From positions 132,496,001 to 132,560,000 of the forward strand of contig CM059432.1 in assembly GCA_030390025.1 (NCBI GenBank): a stretch of 64,000 bases of DNA. Direction: 5' to 3'. Positions 1-12,049 of the stretch are shown piece after piece. The stretch's first letter is position 1. Each line of letters starts with the position of its first letter. The translations under genes and the position numbers were made by a program. The stretch comes from Squalus acanthias. Taxonomy: Eukaryota. The notes beneath the pieces are model-generated. The model saw only the letters and a list, made by a program, of their open reading frames with translations. It searched no databases and was not told the origin of the DNA.

Positions 1-901
1 TCATGCCATATCACAGCATCCTCCTGGGCACAAAGGTGAAATGAGACAAACCACAAAATATTCCAAACACACTTAATAAATTTATCTATAAACATATCAC
101 ACATATCACATGTATTCTAATAACTAATGACCCTTGTACCTGCCATAGTTGAATAGCTGTCATTGTGTGCAAAGTGTGAGATGTGGGTGTGGGTGTTGCT
201 AGGTAGACATTGTTGGTGGGTGAGTGCTGGGGGTCTGGTGCATTAAGCAGTGTGTGAAGATTGTGGTACAGGTGATGGTATGTAGCATTTGTTGAAGCAT
301 TCATTCACCCTGACCACCCGTGTGAGCTTGTTAAACTTCCTCCTGTACTGTGTGTGGGTCCTGGGAAGCACAGTGCTGACGTGATGTGGTGTGCCACCTG
401 CATCCACTTGTGGTAGACTAGTGACGAGGGCCTCCTGCCAGTTGCAGGGTACAGGACCGCACGCCTTCCCTCCACCGCTAAAACCAATGCCTCCAAAGCT
501 TCCTCGGAAAACCTCCGGGCTCTCTCCCTGGGGCAGAGATCTGCCATCAGGATTTGTAAATAAGTGCTCCTTCTCCTTGTCCTTCTTATGGTTGTTGAGG
601 CAGCTGCACAGCCAGCAATGCTGAGAATGAGGTGCTGCAGCATCAATGAATCCTCCCCTATAAGTAGTGAAAAAAGCCTGTGGCAATCATGACTTGCGTT
701 TAGACTACACCTGATATTGGTCCATCTTTTCAGTGTAACGCCAATGAGCTTGAGCTTTTGGACTAGAATCATGACTGCAATCATTTTAATGAAGAGTGAG
801 GATGAATTTTGCGTGCAGCCTAGACAATTTTCAACTAGCGCTACTTAACCATTTTTAGTCTAAACACTGCCCATTTCTTGGCTATAACGAATTTCTAGCC
901 C
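1..901 (-). mobile_element. PIF/Harbinger transposon, left end plus Myb/SANT-like exon (cut by window edge)
   Basis: Terminus GGGCTAGAAATTC (reverse complement of 889-901) matches the left end at 42153. Minus-strand peptide MADLCPRERARRFSEEALEALVLAVEGRRAVLYP...W...YRRKFNKLTR (frameshifted) resembles the Myb/SANT domain of Harbinger accessory proteins. Confidence 0.85.
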
Positions 902-1127
902 TTGGACTGTAACTGCTGCTGTGTCCTTTTTTCCTATAATGTGCCGTGAGATTTGTTGTGATTTTCAGAAGACTTCCATGGCAAGTAAATGACAGACTAC
1001 ACAGCCTTGACAGACTTGATAGACTTTGGTTTTACATTATGCAAAATAATAGCTGGGATGGAATCACTTTGGTTGTTACAACGACAACAGAATTAGTTCT
1101 TACTTTGTGCGGGTTCAGACTTTGTCA

Positions 1128-2020
1128 GAAACATACGAACATACGAATTAGGAGCAGGAGTAGGCCAGTCGGCCCTTCGAGCCTGCTCCGCCATTCAATT
1201 AGATCATGGCTGATCTGATTACTCCACATTCCCGCCTACCCCCGATAACTTTTCACCCCCTTTCTTACCAAGAATCTATCTACCTCTGCCTTAAAAATAT
1301 TCAAAGACTCTGTTTCCACCGTCCTCTGAGGAAGAGAGTTCCAAAGACTCATGACTCTCTGTGAGAAAAAATTTCTCCTCATCTCTGTCTTAAATGGACA
1401 ACCCCTTATTTTTAAACAGTGACCCCTAGTTCTAGATTCTCCCACAAGAGGAAACATCCTCTTCACATCCACCCTGTCCAGACCCCTCAGGATCTTATAT
1501 GTTTCAATCAAGTCACCTCTTATTCTTCTAAACTCCAGCGGATACAAGCCTAGCCTGTCCAACCTTTCCTCATAAGACAACCTGCCCATTCCAGGTATTA
1601 GTCTAGTAAACCTTCTCTGAACTGCTTCCAACGCATTTACATCCTTCCTTAAATAAGGAGACCAATACTGTACACAGTACTCCAGATGTGGTCTCACCAA
1701 TGCCCTGTATAACTGAAGCATAACCTCCCTATTTTTGTATTCAATTCCCCTCGCATTAAACGATAACATTCTATTAGCTTTCCTAATTACTTGCTGTACC
1801 TGCATACTAACCTTTTGTGATTCGTGCACTAGGACACCCAGATCCCTCTGCATCTCAGAGCTCTGCAATCTCTCACCATTTAGATAATATGTTTCTTTTT
1901 TATTCTTCCTGCCAAAATGGACAACTTCACATTTTCCCACATTATACTCCATCTGCCAGATCTTTGCCCACTCACTTAACTTATCTATATCCCTTTGTAA
2001 CCTCCTTATGTCCTCTTCAC
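1128..2020 (-). mobile_element. CR1 LINE, 5'-truncated 3' fragment
   Basis: ORF 1236..1952 has CR1 ORF2 C-terminal motifs (KCEVVHFG, ERDLGV-like, LYRALVRPHLEYC, RRIRGDLIETYK, FFSQRV..WNSLP). 3' UTR and short tandem tail near 1128-1148. Confidence 0.95.
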
Positions 2021-2949
2021 AACACTGGTGAATTCAGGCCTAGTAACAGTCCAGTCCCCGTGTGGATCAGAAAACAATGACCTCAAAATTACACTGTGGG
2101 ATGTTAGCATACGAATGCATATATGGTTAATATGAGATTTTCCTTATATTTTAACAGAGGCATTAATTTATATAAAAATTGCAGTGGCACAGCGATTTCC
2201 CACAAACATGCTAAGTGCTTGTATTCTAGTATTGTGCAGTATAATTTTGAGGCCAATTACTTTATTTTTTATATCTTAAAAATGTAGTAATTTATAATGA
2301 AAAACAACGAGGCCCTAAAATTATCTGCAGGAATTATTGCAGATAAAAGTTTCACATTTGAGCAGTTAAAAAAAATTATGAAAATTATTGATATAATAAG
2401 TACAGTAAATTTTAAGAGCTCATGTTTTCAGAATCTCCCTCTAATATGTATTCGCTGACAAGGTGAAAAAGATGCCTTATTAACTAAGGCTGTAACTTTT
2501 CAACTTTGGGTCAAATGGACCACTTCAATTGATCATTTATTTTAAGCTCCCGAATTACATCGCAAAAGACCAGAAGAAAGAAATGATGGAAAGTTGCGTC
2601 GCTAAAATATTTATTGCCTACAAATGAATGTTACATTTCTCCTGCACACAGCGGCAGCAGTTCATTGTCAGAAAAAAAAACTGTAATGCATTATTAATAA
2701 GAACCTATCTAACCGTGGTGGATTTTACATGCTTAATTTAGTTTTCTCAACTTAGTTAGTAAAAGATCACATCAAGTATTAAATATATTGATACATGGCA
2801 GTCGTCTGGGGTAATTCAACTAATATCCAAGTTTTATTTGTTCTCAGGAATGGGGAGCAACACTGGTTCGGCTGAATTTGTTGCCCAGTCCTAGATATCC
2901 TGACATGGCGATACTGGGCCTTCTCCTTATATATGTTCTGTGGTGGCCA

Positions 2950-3050
2950 CTAGTACTGCTTATAAGTAATATTTACTACTTTTACTACTATAACTATTAC
3001 TACTTACTACTATCTGTACTACTACTAATACTGCTACAACAACATCTTGC
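2950..3050. repeat. degenerate (TAC)n microsatellite
   Basis: tactac/tacta runs visible directly. Confidence 0.7.
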
Positions 3051-3866
3051 ACTCATATAGTGTCTTTAATCTAAGGAACAATGGCGGAGTGGGATTTCCC
3101 ATGCCTTGGCCAGTTGAACTTGTCAGAATTCACGCTGTTAGCAGTACTTTCTTAAAGTGGCACAGCTGGAGCGCGCAGTAGGTGGCAAGAATGGAATTTT
3201 ACAGTGGAAGCAAACCTTTGCACCACCCACCGGAACTCCCGTCAGTCCCGTCTCTGTCGCCCCCAACACTTGCATGAAGCCCACAGTACAGTCGAAGAGG
3301 GCCAGCAGCTGCTGTAAGTCCAATTTCCACACCGGCCTTTCTGGAAAAGGGCCAGCGTCCTCCGTGGGGGGCTAACTAAAAGCTCGCACAAAAAAAAATC
3401 ATTGCTTCTCATCTCTTGACAGAAATTCCTGGTTAAAATTGAACACAGAGCCTCTGTCAAAGTCAGCAACGGAGAGACTGCATGGTTTACTTCCACCAGA
3501 AAATCCTTCCCCTTACCACCTAGTGGGTGCCCCAGCTTTGCCGCTACTGCTGTGGGCATCTACCCACTTTATGGAAATGCCCCTGACCCCGGGAATTCCG
3601 ATGAGCACAAGAGTGCAATTGGCCAGTGGACGGGAAATCCTGCTACGTCATTCTTAGCAGAGCGGATTGTTGAAAAAATGGGATTCCCGACCTGATCCCG
3701 CCTCCAACCCGCCCACTTCCGGTTTTAACAGAGGTGAGACGGGGGCGGGCAACCAACTCGCTCCCGGGGGCGGAACGTTAATTTAAATATTATAATGAGG
3801 CTTTAACCTCCATTTTGAATTTAACTGCATGTGGACGGGTTTCATACAATTTATGAAACTCAGTAG

Positions 3867-5502
3867 TGTAAGGGGTGACCTGTGGCTCTGTGCTTAGCCT
3901 GAGTGCTAGTGCGGGGTTAGGCCTTGTTGCCTGTTCTGGTCTCAGCCAGCCTGGTAACACTAGACACCTGTGAGTGGTTCGACCCACTCGCCCTTACGGT
4001 TCTGACACTGGACTTAGGTGCGAGAGCAATAATGCAGAGAAAACTCAGGTAGACCCGGTTGAATAGTGCGAAATGGAAAATCTTTATTGCATATTATTCA
4101 AGATTACGAGATACATGTCATAAGCACAGATTAATGACAGTACAATCTTACACACAGTTATGAAACTAATTTTAGGGAAACGAGGAGCGCACGACACATC
4201 GTAAAAGGGGACACACATTATAATTATCCTTAAAACTTAAACCCTCCCCTAACAATACCTGTCCTAATCTAGATTTGTAGGATCAAGACTCATGCTCACC
4301 ACTCGTGATAACTCGGAGAATTCCGAAACTCTGCTCGGATGTTTTTACTGCAGCACCTGACTATCCACGTGTTGATCAGGGGTCACTGTACCCCACTTGT
4401 TTACTCGCTTCTGCTCCGGCTAGCAGGCTGGACCGTCTGCTGTCATGAAGATCTGTGTTGCCCTCGGAGTTCTGATACTACTCAAAAAAGAGTCTTCCTG
4501 TGCCCTACACCGGTTCGATAGAACTCGAAGAAGGGTCTTCCTGGGCCAGTTGTGGAGTAGCCGATAGAATTCAAAGAAGTGTTTATTCGACTTACAGGCG
4601 CGGTCGGGGCTTACTGACCGTGGCGATGCGTATTGTCGTCTTCTTCTCTTCTCATCTCATCTCATCTCATCTCATCTCCTCTCGGGCCTTCGGTTCCAAC
4701 ACCGTTTACCGACCCCTCGGGATGGTGCGCCCGCTTCCAGGCCTCACAGCCCAGTTCTCCACAGATCTTCGCGGCAAGCCACGAGGTTGATCCTAGCGGA
4801 TCAGAGTCCAGAGCCGTCAGGCAAGAGAATAAAAGTTCAGCAGTCTTCCAGCGAGTCAAAGCAGCAAGAGAGAGAGATGGACGGCTGTACTTTACAGTTA
4901 TAGTGCTGTAATTCCTCTTTTCCCGCCCAATCTTAATGTCTATCTTTTGTCAGGTTTTTGGCGCTCAAACTTCTTGTATGGGGTGATCTCAGTCTTTAAT
5001 GGGTTTCGGTGACACTTGTAACTGTCTGAGTACCCGTTAATATTTCTCCCATTGTGGAACCGGCTAGTAGTCTCCCTGGAGGGGTTTTGGGGCTTCCAAA
5101 TGCTTGCTGTAAGTACCCGCGAACGGCTCTCTCATCGTAGAGCCGTGAGGATTTTGCATATTAATGTCTTTGGATGGGTCCTTGATCGCTCAGTACAATA
5201 GCCCTTGTTTGCACCTGGGGGACCGATTTCAGTATTCATGTTTAAAGTGTAAACCCATCGCGTCTTGTCATTATCTCATCATGTTGGATCTTTTCGATCT
5301 TGCACAAATGTTTATTGAAACGCCGTCTTGTCTGCCTACTGAAAGTCTAGAACTTTCTGCCACGAGGCGTGGCGGCCATTTTACAGGCTGTTTGTGTCCG
5401 TTTTGAAACCTGACAGCATTCTGCTGAAATAAAGCTGTTTATACGAAACTTTTTGTCTCCTTCTTATTTTTATAAAATCGCGATAATTTTGCGAATTCTA
5501 CA
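3867..5502. mobile_element. solo LTR (ERV- or Gypsy-type), 1636 bp
   Basis: Starts TGTA, ends TACA, flanked by 4-bp direct repeat GTAG (3863-3866, 5503-5506). No recognisable protein. AATAAA on the minus strand at 4083-4088 and on the plus strand at 5428-5433, so orientation is unresolved. Confidence 0.8.
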
Positions 5503-6103
5503 GTAGTTAAACCGAGATGGGGGCTTGTAGTAAAGGAGCCTCTGGGGAATAGTGATCATAATATGATAGAATTTTATGTTGAGTTTGAGAGTGATTTAGT
5601 TAAGTCCGAAACTAGGGTCCTAAACCTGAACAAAGCAAACTACATAGGTATGAGAGGCGAGTTGGCTAAGGTAGGTTGGGAAACTAGATTAAAAGATATG
5701 ACAGTAGAAAAGCAATGGCAAATATTTAAAGAAATAATTCATAATTCGCAATGAATATACATTCCCTTAAGGAATAAAAACACCACGGGATAAATGGTCC
5801 CACCGTGGCTAACAAGAGAAATTAAAGATAGTATTAGATTAAAGGAAGAGGCTTATTATGTTGCCAAAAAGAATAGTAAGCCTGAGGATTGGGAGGATTT
5901 TAGAATTCAGCAAAGGAGGACCAAGAAATTGATAAAGAAAGGGAAAATAGAACATGAGAGACATAAAAACAGACTGTAAAAGCTTCTGTAGGTATGTAAA
6001 AAGGAAAAGATTAGCGAAAGTAAATGTGGATCCCTTACAGACTGAGACAAGAGAAATTATAATGGGGAATAAGGAAATGGCAGAGAAATTAAACAAATAC
6101 TTT

Positions 6104-6572
6104 GGGGGAGAAATTCACTATCGCCCCGTTTGGGGAGCTAATTTTTAAAAGTTTGTAATGTTAGTGCTTGGCGCTAACGATTTTAAACTTTTGAAAATTC
6201 TCCAAGAAAGAAGTGGAGTGCTAAATCAAGTGCTTTTCTTCTTACTTACCTCGGCCACCTCGCCTTTAATCATCGCCCCCGAAGCGGCCGGCCGCCCGAT
6301 GCACACCTCCTGCAGCTGTCGGTGTTTTCGACCGGTGCTGCTGCAGGGGGCGGAAGTCAATTTTGGGTCCAGGGCGTTACCGGGGAGATGCGCATGGTGA
6401 TGATGTCATGATCTCCGGGCGAAGGAGATCGGGGCGCAACGCCGTAGCACTGCCGCAAAACTCCCGTCAAATATGGCAGGAGTCGATGATAGCACTGTGC
6501 CCAGTCGCAAAGCCATTTGCACCCCATTAGTGCCCCCCAACGGGAAGCGCAAAGGCACTCAATTTCACTCCC
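6104..6572 (+). mobile_element. non-autonomous Harbinger (MITE) nested in CR1
   Basis: Ends GGGGGAGAAATT / AATTTCACTCCC, TSD TTT (6101-6103, 6573-6575). Homologous to 48330-48881. Confidence 0.9.
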
Positions 6573-7969
6573 TTTGTGTCTGTCTTCATGCAAGAAGACG
6601 CAAAAAACATCCCGGAAATAGTGGAGAACCAAAGGTCTAGCGCGAATTAGGAACTGAAAGAAATTAGTATTAGTAAAAAAATAGTACTGGAGAAATTAAC
6701 AGGACTGAAAGCCAATAAATCTCCTGGGCCTGATGGCCTACATCCTAGAGTTTTAAAAGTGGTGGCTATAGAGATAGTGGATGCATTAGTTGTCATCTTC
6801 CAAAATTCCATAGATTCTAGAACGGTTCCCCTGGATTGGAAGGTAGCAAATGTAACCCTACTATTTAAGAAAGGAGGGAGAGAGAAAACGAGTAACTACA
6901 GACCAGTTAGCCTGACATCAGTAGTAGGGAAAATGCCAGAATCTATTATTAAGGATGTGGTAACAGGGCACTTAGAAAATAATAATAGGATTGGGCAGAG
7001 TCAACATGGATTTATGAAAGGGAAATCATGTTTGACGAATCTGTTAAGAGTTTTTTGAGGTTGTAACTAGCAGAATAGTTAAAGGGGAACCAGTGGATGT
7101 GGTGTATTTGGATTTTCAGAAGGCATTCAATAAGGTGCCACACTAAAACATGGATTGAGGTTGGTTAACGGACAGAAAAAAGAGAGTAGGAATAAATGGG
7201 TCATTTTCGGGTTGACAGGCTGTAACTAGTGGGGTACCGCAAGGATCAGTGCTTGGGCCTCAGCTATTCACAATCTACATCAATGATTTGGATGAGGGGA
7301 CCAAATGTAATACTGTATATCCAAGTTTGCTGATGATACAAAGCTGGGTGGGAATGTAAGTTGTGAGGAGGATGCAAAGAGGCTTCAAAGGGATATAGAC
7401 AGGCTAAGTGAGTGGGCAAGAAGATGGCAATTGGAATATAATGTGGAGAAATGTGAAGTTATCCACTTTAGTAGGAAAAATAGAAAAGCAGAGTATTTTT
7501 TAAATGGTGAGAGATTGGGAAATGTTGGTGTTCAGAGGGACTTGGGTGTCCTTGTACACGAATCAGCAGGTACAGCAAGCAATTAGGAAAGAAAATGGTA
7601 TATTGGCCTTTATTACAAGAGGATTTGAGTATAAGAGTAAAGACGTCTTACTACAATTATATAGGGCCCTGGCGAGACCACACCTGGAGTATTGTGTACA
7701 GTTTTGGTTTCCTTACCTAAGGAAGGATATACTTGCCATAGAGGCAGTGCAACGAAGATTCACCAGACTGATTCCTGAGATGGGGGAATTGTCCTATGAG
7801 GAGAGATTGAGTAGACTAGGCCTATATTCACTAGAGTTTAGAAGAATGAGAGGTGATCTCATTGAAACATACAAAATTCTTACAGGGCTTGACAGGGTAG
7901 ATGCAGGGAGGATGTTTCCCCTGGCTGGGGAGTCTAGAACCAGGGGTCACAGTCTCAGAATAAGGGTCA

Positions 7970-8201
7970 TGATGCGGAGATGCCGGTGTTGGACTGGGGT
8001 GGACAAATGTGAGAAGTCGCACAACACCAGGTCATAGTCCAACAGCTTTATAGGATTGGGCAGAGTCAACATGGATTTATGAAAGGGAAATCATGTTTGA
8101 CGAATCTGTTAAGAGTTTTTTGAGGTTGACGAAGGAGCAGCGCTCCGAAAGCTTGTGATTTCAAATAAAGCTGTTGGACTATAACCTGGTGTTGTGCGAC
8201 T
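7970..8201. mobile_element. fold-back PLE-terminus-derived element (MER6/HE1-like) with hammerhead remnant
   Basis: Inverted arms 8010-8051 / 8165-8206. Flanking duplication TCTCAGAATAAGGG(G)TCA at 7953-7969 and 8202-8219. TGACGA-A-GGAGC-AGC-GCTCC-GAAA-GCTT at 8127-8154. Confidence 0.8.
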
Positions 8202-8490
8202 TCTCAGAATAAGGGGTCAGCCATTTAGGACTGAGATGAGGAGAAATTTCTTCACTCAGAGGGTGGTGAATCTTTGGAATTCTTTACCCCAGAGCTCTGT
8301 GGAGGCTCAGTCATTGAGTATATTCAAGGTAGAGATCGATAGATTTTTGGATATTAAGGGAATCAAGGGATCTGGGGAAAGTGCAGGAAAGTGGAGTTGA
8401 GAGAGAAGATCGGCCATGATCTTATTGAATGGCGGAGCAGGCACGAGGGGCCAAATGGCCGACTCCTGCTCCTATTTCTTATGTTCTTAT

Positions 8491-9057
8491 GACTGCTGCA
8501 TCCAGGAGGTAAGTGGCTTTACACCTACTTCCTGGATCCAGGGTCTCTACCTAACCCACCCCCCGCGATCGGAGACTCCCTCACGAGCCCTCCGATCACC
8601 TCCCCAGGCCTCCGATCCCCACCATGAGGCCTCTCCCCAATCCCACCGATGATGCTGAGGCTGGCCACAATCCTCTGGTGGCTGGTCCTGATCCTCTCTC
8701 CCCCGCACCGATCCCCGGCCGACACCCCCACCCCCGCCCCGCAGATCCCCGATCCCCCCGATCCCCGACTGAACCACCCCACCCACCGATTCCTGTCCAA
8801 CCCCCCGCGATCCCCGACACATACCCTGCCCCCGGCGATCCCTCCCCTGGACCGACCCCTCACTCCCTCTACGAATCTGCAGTCCTACCTGCCCACAGAC
8901 AGCCAGCCTCTCAATCTGGCTGGCTGCGGGCGGGAATCCGAGGCCTCACATGCAAATTAGGCCCTGCTGTTAAAGTCAGCAGGGCCTGCAGGAAACCCGA
9001 CCCGCCTCGGAGGCCCCCCCGCCCCCCAACCCACCTACCTGCAGAAAATTCTGGCCA
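8491..9057. mobile_element. truncated GC-rich Harbinger-type MITE
   Basis: Ends in AAAATTCTGGCC, like other GGCC/GGGC..ATTTT termini in the window. C-rich internal CCCCGAT repeats. Confidence 0.6.
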
Positions 9058-9952
9058 GGAACATGTGCACAGAGGGAGGAGGAGGGCCATCAGGGCTCTC
9101 AACAGGAGGCCTTACCCTCCAAGGGTCTTCAGACATCACTTTTTCCACCTTCAATTAAGCAAAGAGCAGTGTATTAGGAGGCTGCGCTTCACCAAGGATG
9201 TGGTCACAGAACTCTGCCACCTCCTGCAACTAGACCTCCAGCCTCAGACCAGGGCAACCACAGCTCTCCCAGTGGCAGTCAAGGTCACCATGGCCCTCAA
9301 TTTCTTCCCCAGCGGATCCTTCCAGTCTGCAGCAGGAGACATAGCTAACATCTCACAGTTCGCCGTCCATCGCTGCATCTGGGAGGTCACTGAGGCTCTC
9401 TACACCAGGAGAAGGGACTACATTTCCTTCCCCATCACCAGAGAGAAGCAGGACGAGTGCACATGTGGCTTTGCCAGGATAGTGGGCTTCCCCATGGTGC
9501 AGGGCGCCATCGACTGCACCCACGTGGCTTTGCGGGCACCGCATAACAATCCTAAGATCTTCCGTAACCGCAAAGGCTACCACTCACTTAATGTGCAGTT
9601 GGTGTGCGACCACACACAGCGAATCCTTAATGTCAATGCCCACTATCCTGGCAGCAACCACGATGCCTTCATCCTGTGCCAGAGTGGTGTGCCAGCACTC
9701 TTCCAGCCACCATGTCAAGCTCGAGGGTGGCTACTCGGAGACAAAGGCTATCCGCTCTCCAACTGGCTCATGACTCCCCTCCACAACCCCAACACTCCTG
9801 CCCAGCACTCATATAATGAGAGCCATGCTGCTACCAGGAACATCATCGAACAGACCATCGGCTTATTGAAGCAACGGTTCCGCTGCCTTGACAGCTCGAG
9901 AGCAGCCCTCAGTACTCACTAGAGCAGGTGCCCCATTTCGTGGTGGTCTGCT
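9058..9952 (+). pseudogene. Harbinger (HARBI1-family) DDE transposase fragment
   Basis: RLRFTKDVVTELC, GAIDCTHV, NRKGYHSLNVQLVCD, YPGSNHDAF, LLGDKGY, YNESHAATRNIIEQTIGLLKQRFRCLD. Homologous to 43736-44912. Confidence 0.95.
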
Positions 9953-11478
9953 GCCTGGTTGAACTTGTTCTCACATTGAACAACTTCTCCTTTGACTCCA
10001 CTCACTTCCTCCAAATTAAAGGTGTTGCTATGGGAAACCACATGGGCCCTAGCTATGCCTGCTTTTTCGTGGGATATGTGGAACATTCTTTGTTCCAGGT
10101 CCTACTCAGGTCCCCTCCCTCACCCCTTTTTCCGGTACATTGATGACTGTATTGGTGCCGTTTCCTGCTCTCACCCTGAACTAGAAAATTTCATTCACTT
10201 TGCTTCCAATTTCCACCCTTCCCTCACCTTCACATGGTCGATCTCTGACTCTTCCCTTCTCTTCCTTGACTTCTCTGTCTCCATTTCTTGCAATCGGCTA
10301 TCGACAAACATCCACTACAAGCCCACTGACTCCCACAGCTACCTGGACTACACTTCCTCCCACCCCGCTTCCTGTAAGGACTCTATTCCATTCTTCCAGT
10401 TTCTCCGTCTCCGCCGCATCTGTTCTGATGATGCCACCTTCCACACCAGTGCTTCCGATATGTCTTCCTTTTTCCTGAACCGAGGATTCCCCTCTACTAT
10501 GGTTGGCATGGCCCTCGACCATGACTGTTCCATTTCCCGCACTTCTGCTCTCACCCCTTCTCCCTCCCAGAACCATGATAGGGTTCCCCTTGTCCTCACC
10601 TTTCACCCCACCAGCCTCCACATTCAACGGATCATCCTCCACCATTTCCGCCACCTCTAACGTGATCCCACCACCAAACGCATCTTCCCCTCCCCTTTCA
10701 GCATTCTGAAGGAACCGCTCCCTCCGCAACACCCTGATCCACTCCTCAATCACCCCCAACACCCCTTCCCCTTCGCCCGGCACCTTCCCATGCAAGCGCA
10801 GGAGATGCAACACCTGCTCTTTTACCTCCTCCCTTCCCATTGTCCCAAACACCCCTTCCAGGTGAAACAGCGATTTACTTGTACACCTTGCAATTTAGTA
10901 TACTGTATTCGCTGCTCACGATGCGGTCTCCTCTACATTGGGGAGACCAAACGCAGATTGGGTGATTGCTTTGCGGAACACCTCCATTCAGTCCGTAAGG
11001 GTGACCTCGAGCTTCCGGTCGCTTGTCACTTTAATTCTCCACTCCACTCCCACTCTGACCTCTCTGTCCTCGGCCTCTTACACTGTTCCAATGAAGCTCA
11101 ACGTAAGCTCGAGGAACAGCAGCTCATCTTTCGATTAGGCACTTTACAGCCTTCTGGACTCGACATTGAGTTCAACAATTTCAGACCATAACCTCTGCCC
11201 TTATTTTTGCAGGCAGCAGCTGTTGATGATTCTGCCATCCCCATTTGCAAGATTTAACCACTCCTGCCTTCCACCCTATCACAGACCTTCCCTTTTGTTC
11301 CTTCCTCCCCCCTCCCCTCCCCCTTTCCCTGCCTCTGCACCTGCTTAAAATCTGTTACATCTCTAACTTTTTCCAGTTCTGACAAAGGGTCACAGACCTG
11401 AAACGTTAACTCTGTTTCTCTCTCCACGGATGCTGCCTGACCTGCTGAGTGTTTCCAGCATTTTCTGTTGTTATTTCT
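9953..11478 (+). mobile_element. Penelope-like retroelement, 5'-truncated (RT C-terminus, GIY-YIG endonuclease, terminal repeat)
   Basis: QIKGVAMG..MGPSYA, FFRYIDD, FLD, HYKPTDSHSYLDYTSSHP, QFLRLRRICS. GIY-YIG region FTCTPCNLVYCIRCSRCGLLYIGETKRRL..FAEH (10790..11191). Frameshifted. Confidence 0.95.
11375..11411 (+). ncRNA. minimal type I hammerhead ribozyme motif (G8>A, probably inactive)
   Basis: AGUU-CUGACAA-A-GGGUC-ACA-GACCU-GAAA-CGUU-AACU: stem I AGUU/AACU, stem II, GAAA box, palindromic ACGU helix III. Confidence 0.75.
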
Positions 11479-11660
11479 AAAACAGATTATCTGGTCATTA
11501 ACACATTTCTGTTTGTGGGAGCTTGCTGTGCGCAAATTGGCTGCCACGTTTCCCATATTACAATAGTGACTACACTTCAGAAAGTACTTCATTGGCTCTA
11601 AAGCGCTTTGGGTGATCCTGAGGTCATGAAAGGCGCTATAGAAATGCAAGTCTTTCTTTT
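11479..11660 (+). mobile_element. Deu-domain tRNA SINE, 3' part
   Basis: Matches the 3' half of the SINE at 60947-61416 (ggcgctatagaaatgcaagtctttcttt tail). Confidence 0.85.
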
Positions 11661-12049
11661 GTATACTATTGTTTTGTAGCCGTTCAATAACCTCAGACAA
11701 AGTTTGTTGGTGACTCCTCGCTGGCCCAGCTTTCGTGCTGAAATGAGATCTTCCCCACCTTGGCTTGCTCCACTCTTGGCTTTTGTGGTCGGCCTCATTT
11801 CCAGAGACCTACTGAGAGCCAGGAGTGGACTGAGCCAGAGTGGGGGTGCGGGGGGTGGGGGCATCGGTGGGTGGAGGTCTTGCTCCAGTGTGAAGGCATG
11901 GAGTCAGCGGGGGTGGCCGGGGGGGGGCATCAACAAACTTCGCCTGAGAGTATCGGGCGACCCGAAATCAATGGAGGAAGGGCACAGTTGCCAAATTGGA
12001 CATAAGATGGAGCAACCACAGGAGGCCGCTTTGAACAGTCGGAAATTGT

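Larger units (their letters stand above)
5519..8490 (+). mobile_element. long decayed CR1 LINE (ORF2 reverse-transcriptase region to 3' tail) with two nested insertions
   Basis: Fragmented ORFs include [61 protein letters not shown] and LYRALARPHLEYC. (TTCTTATG)n tail at about 8476-8490. Confidence 0.95.
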
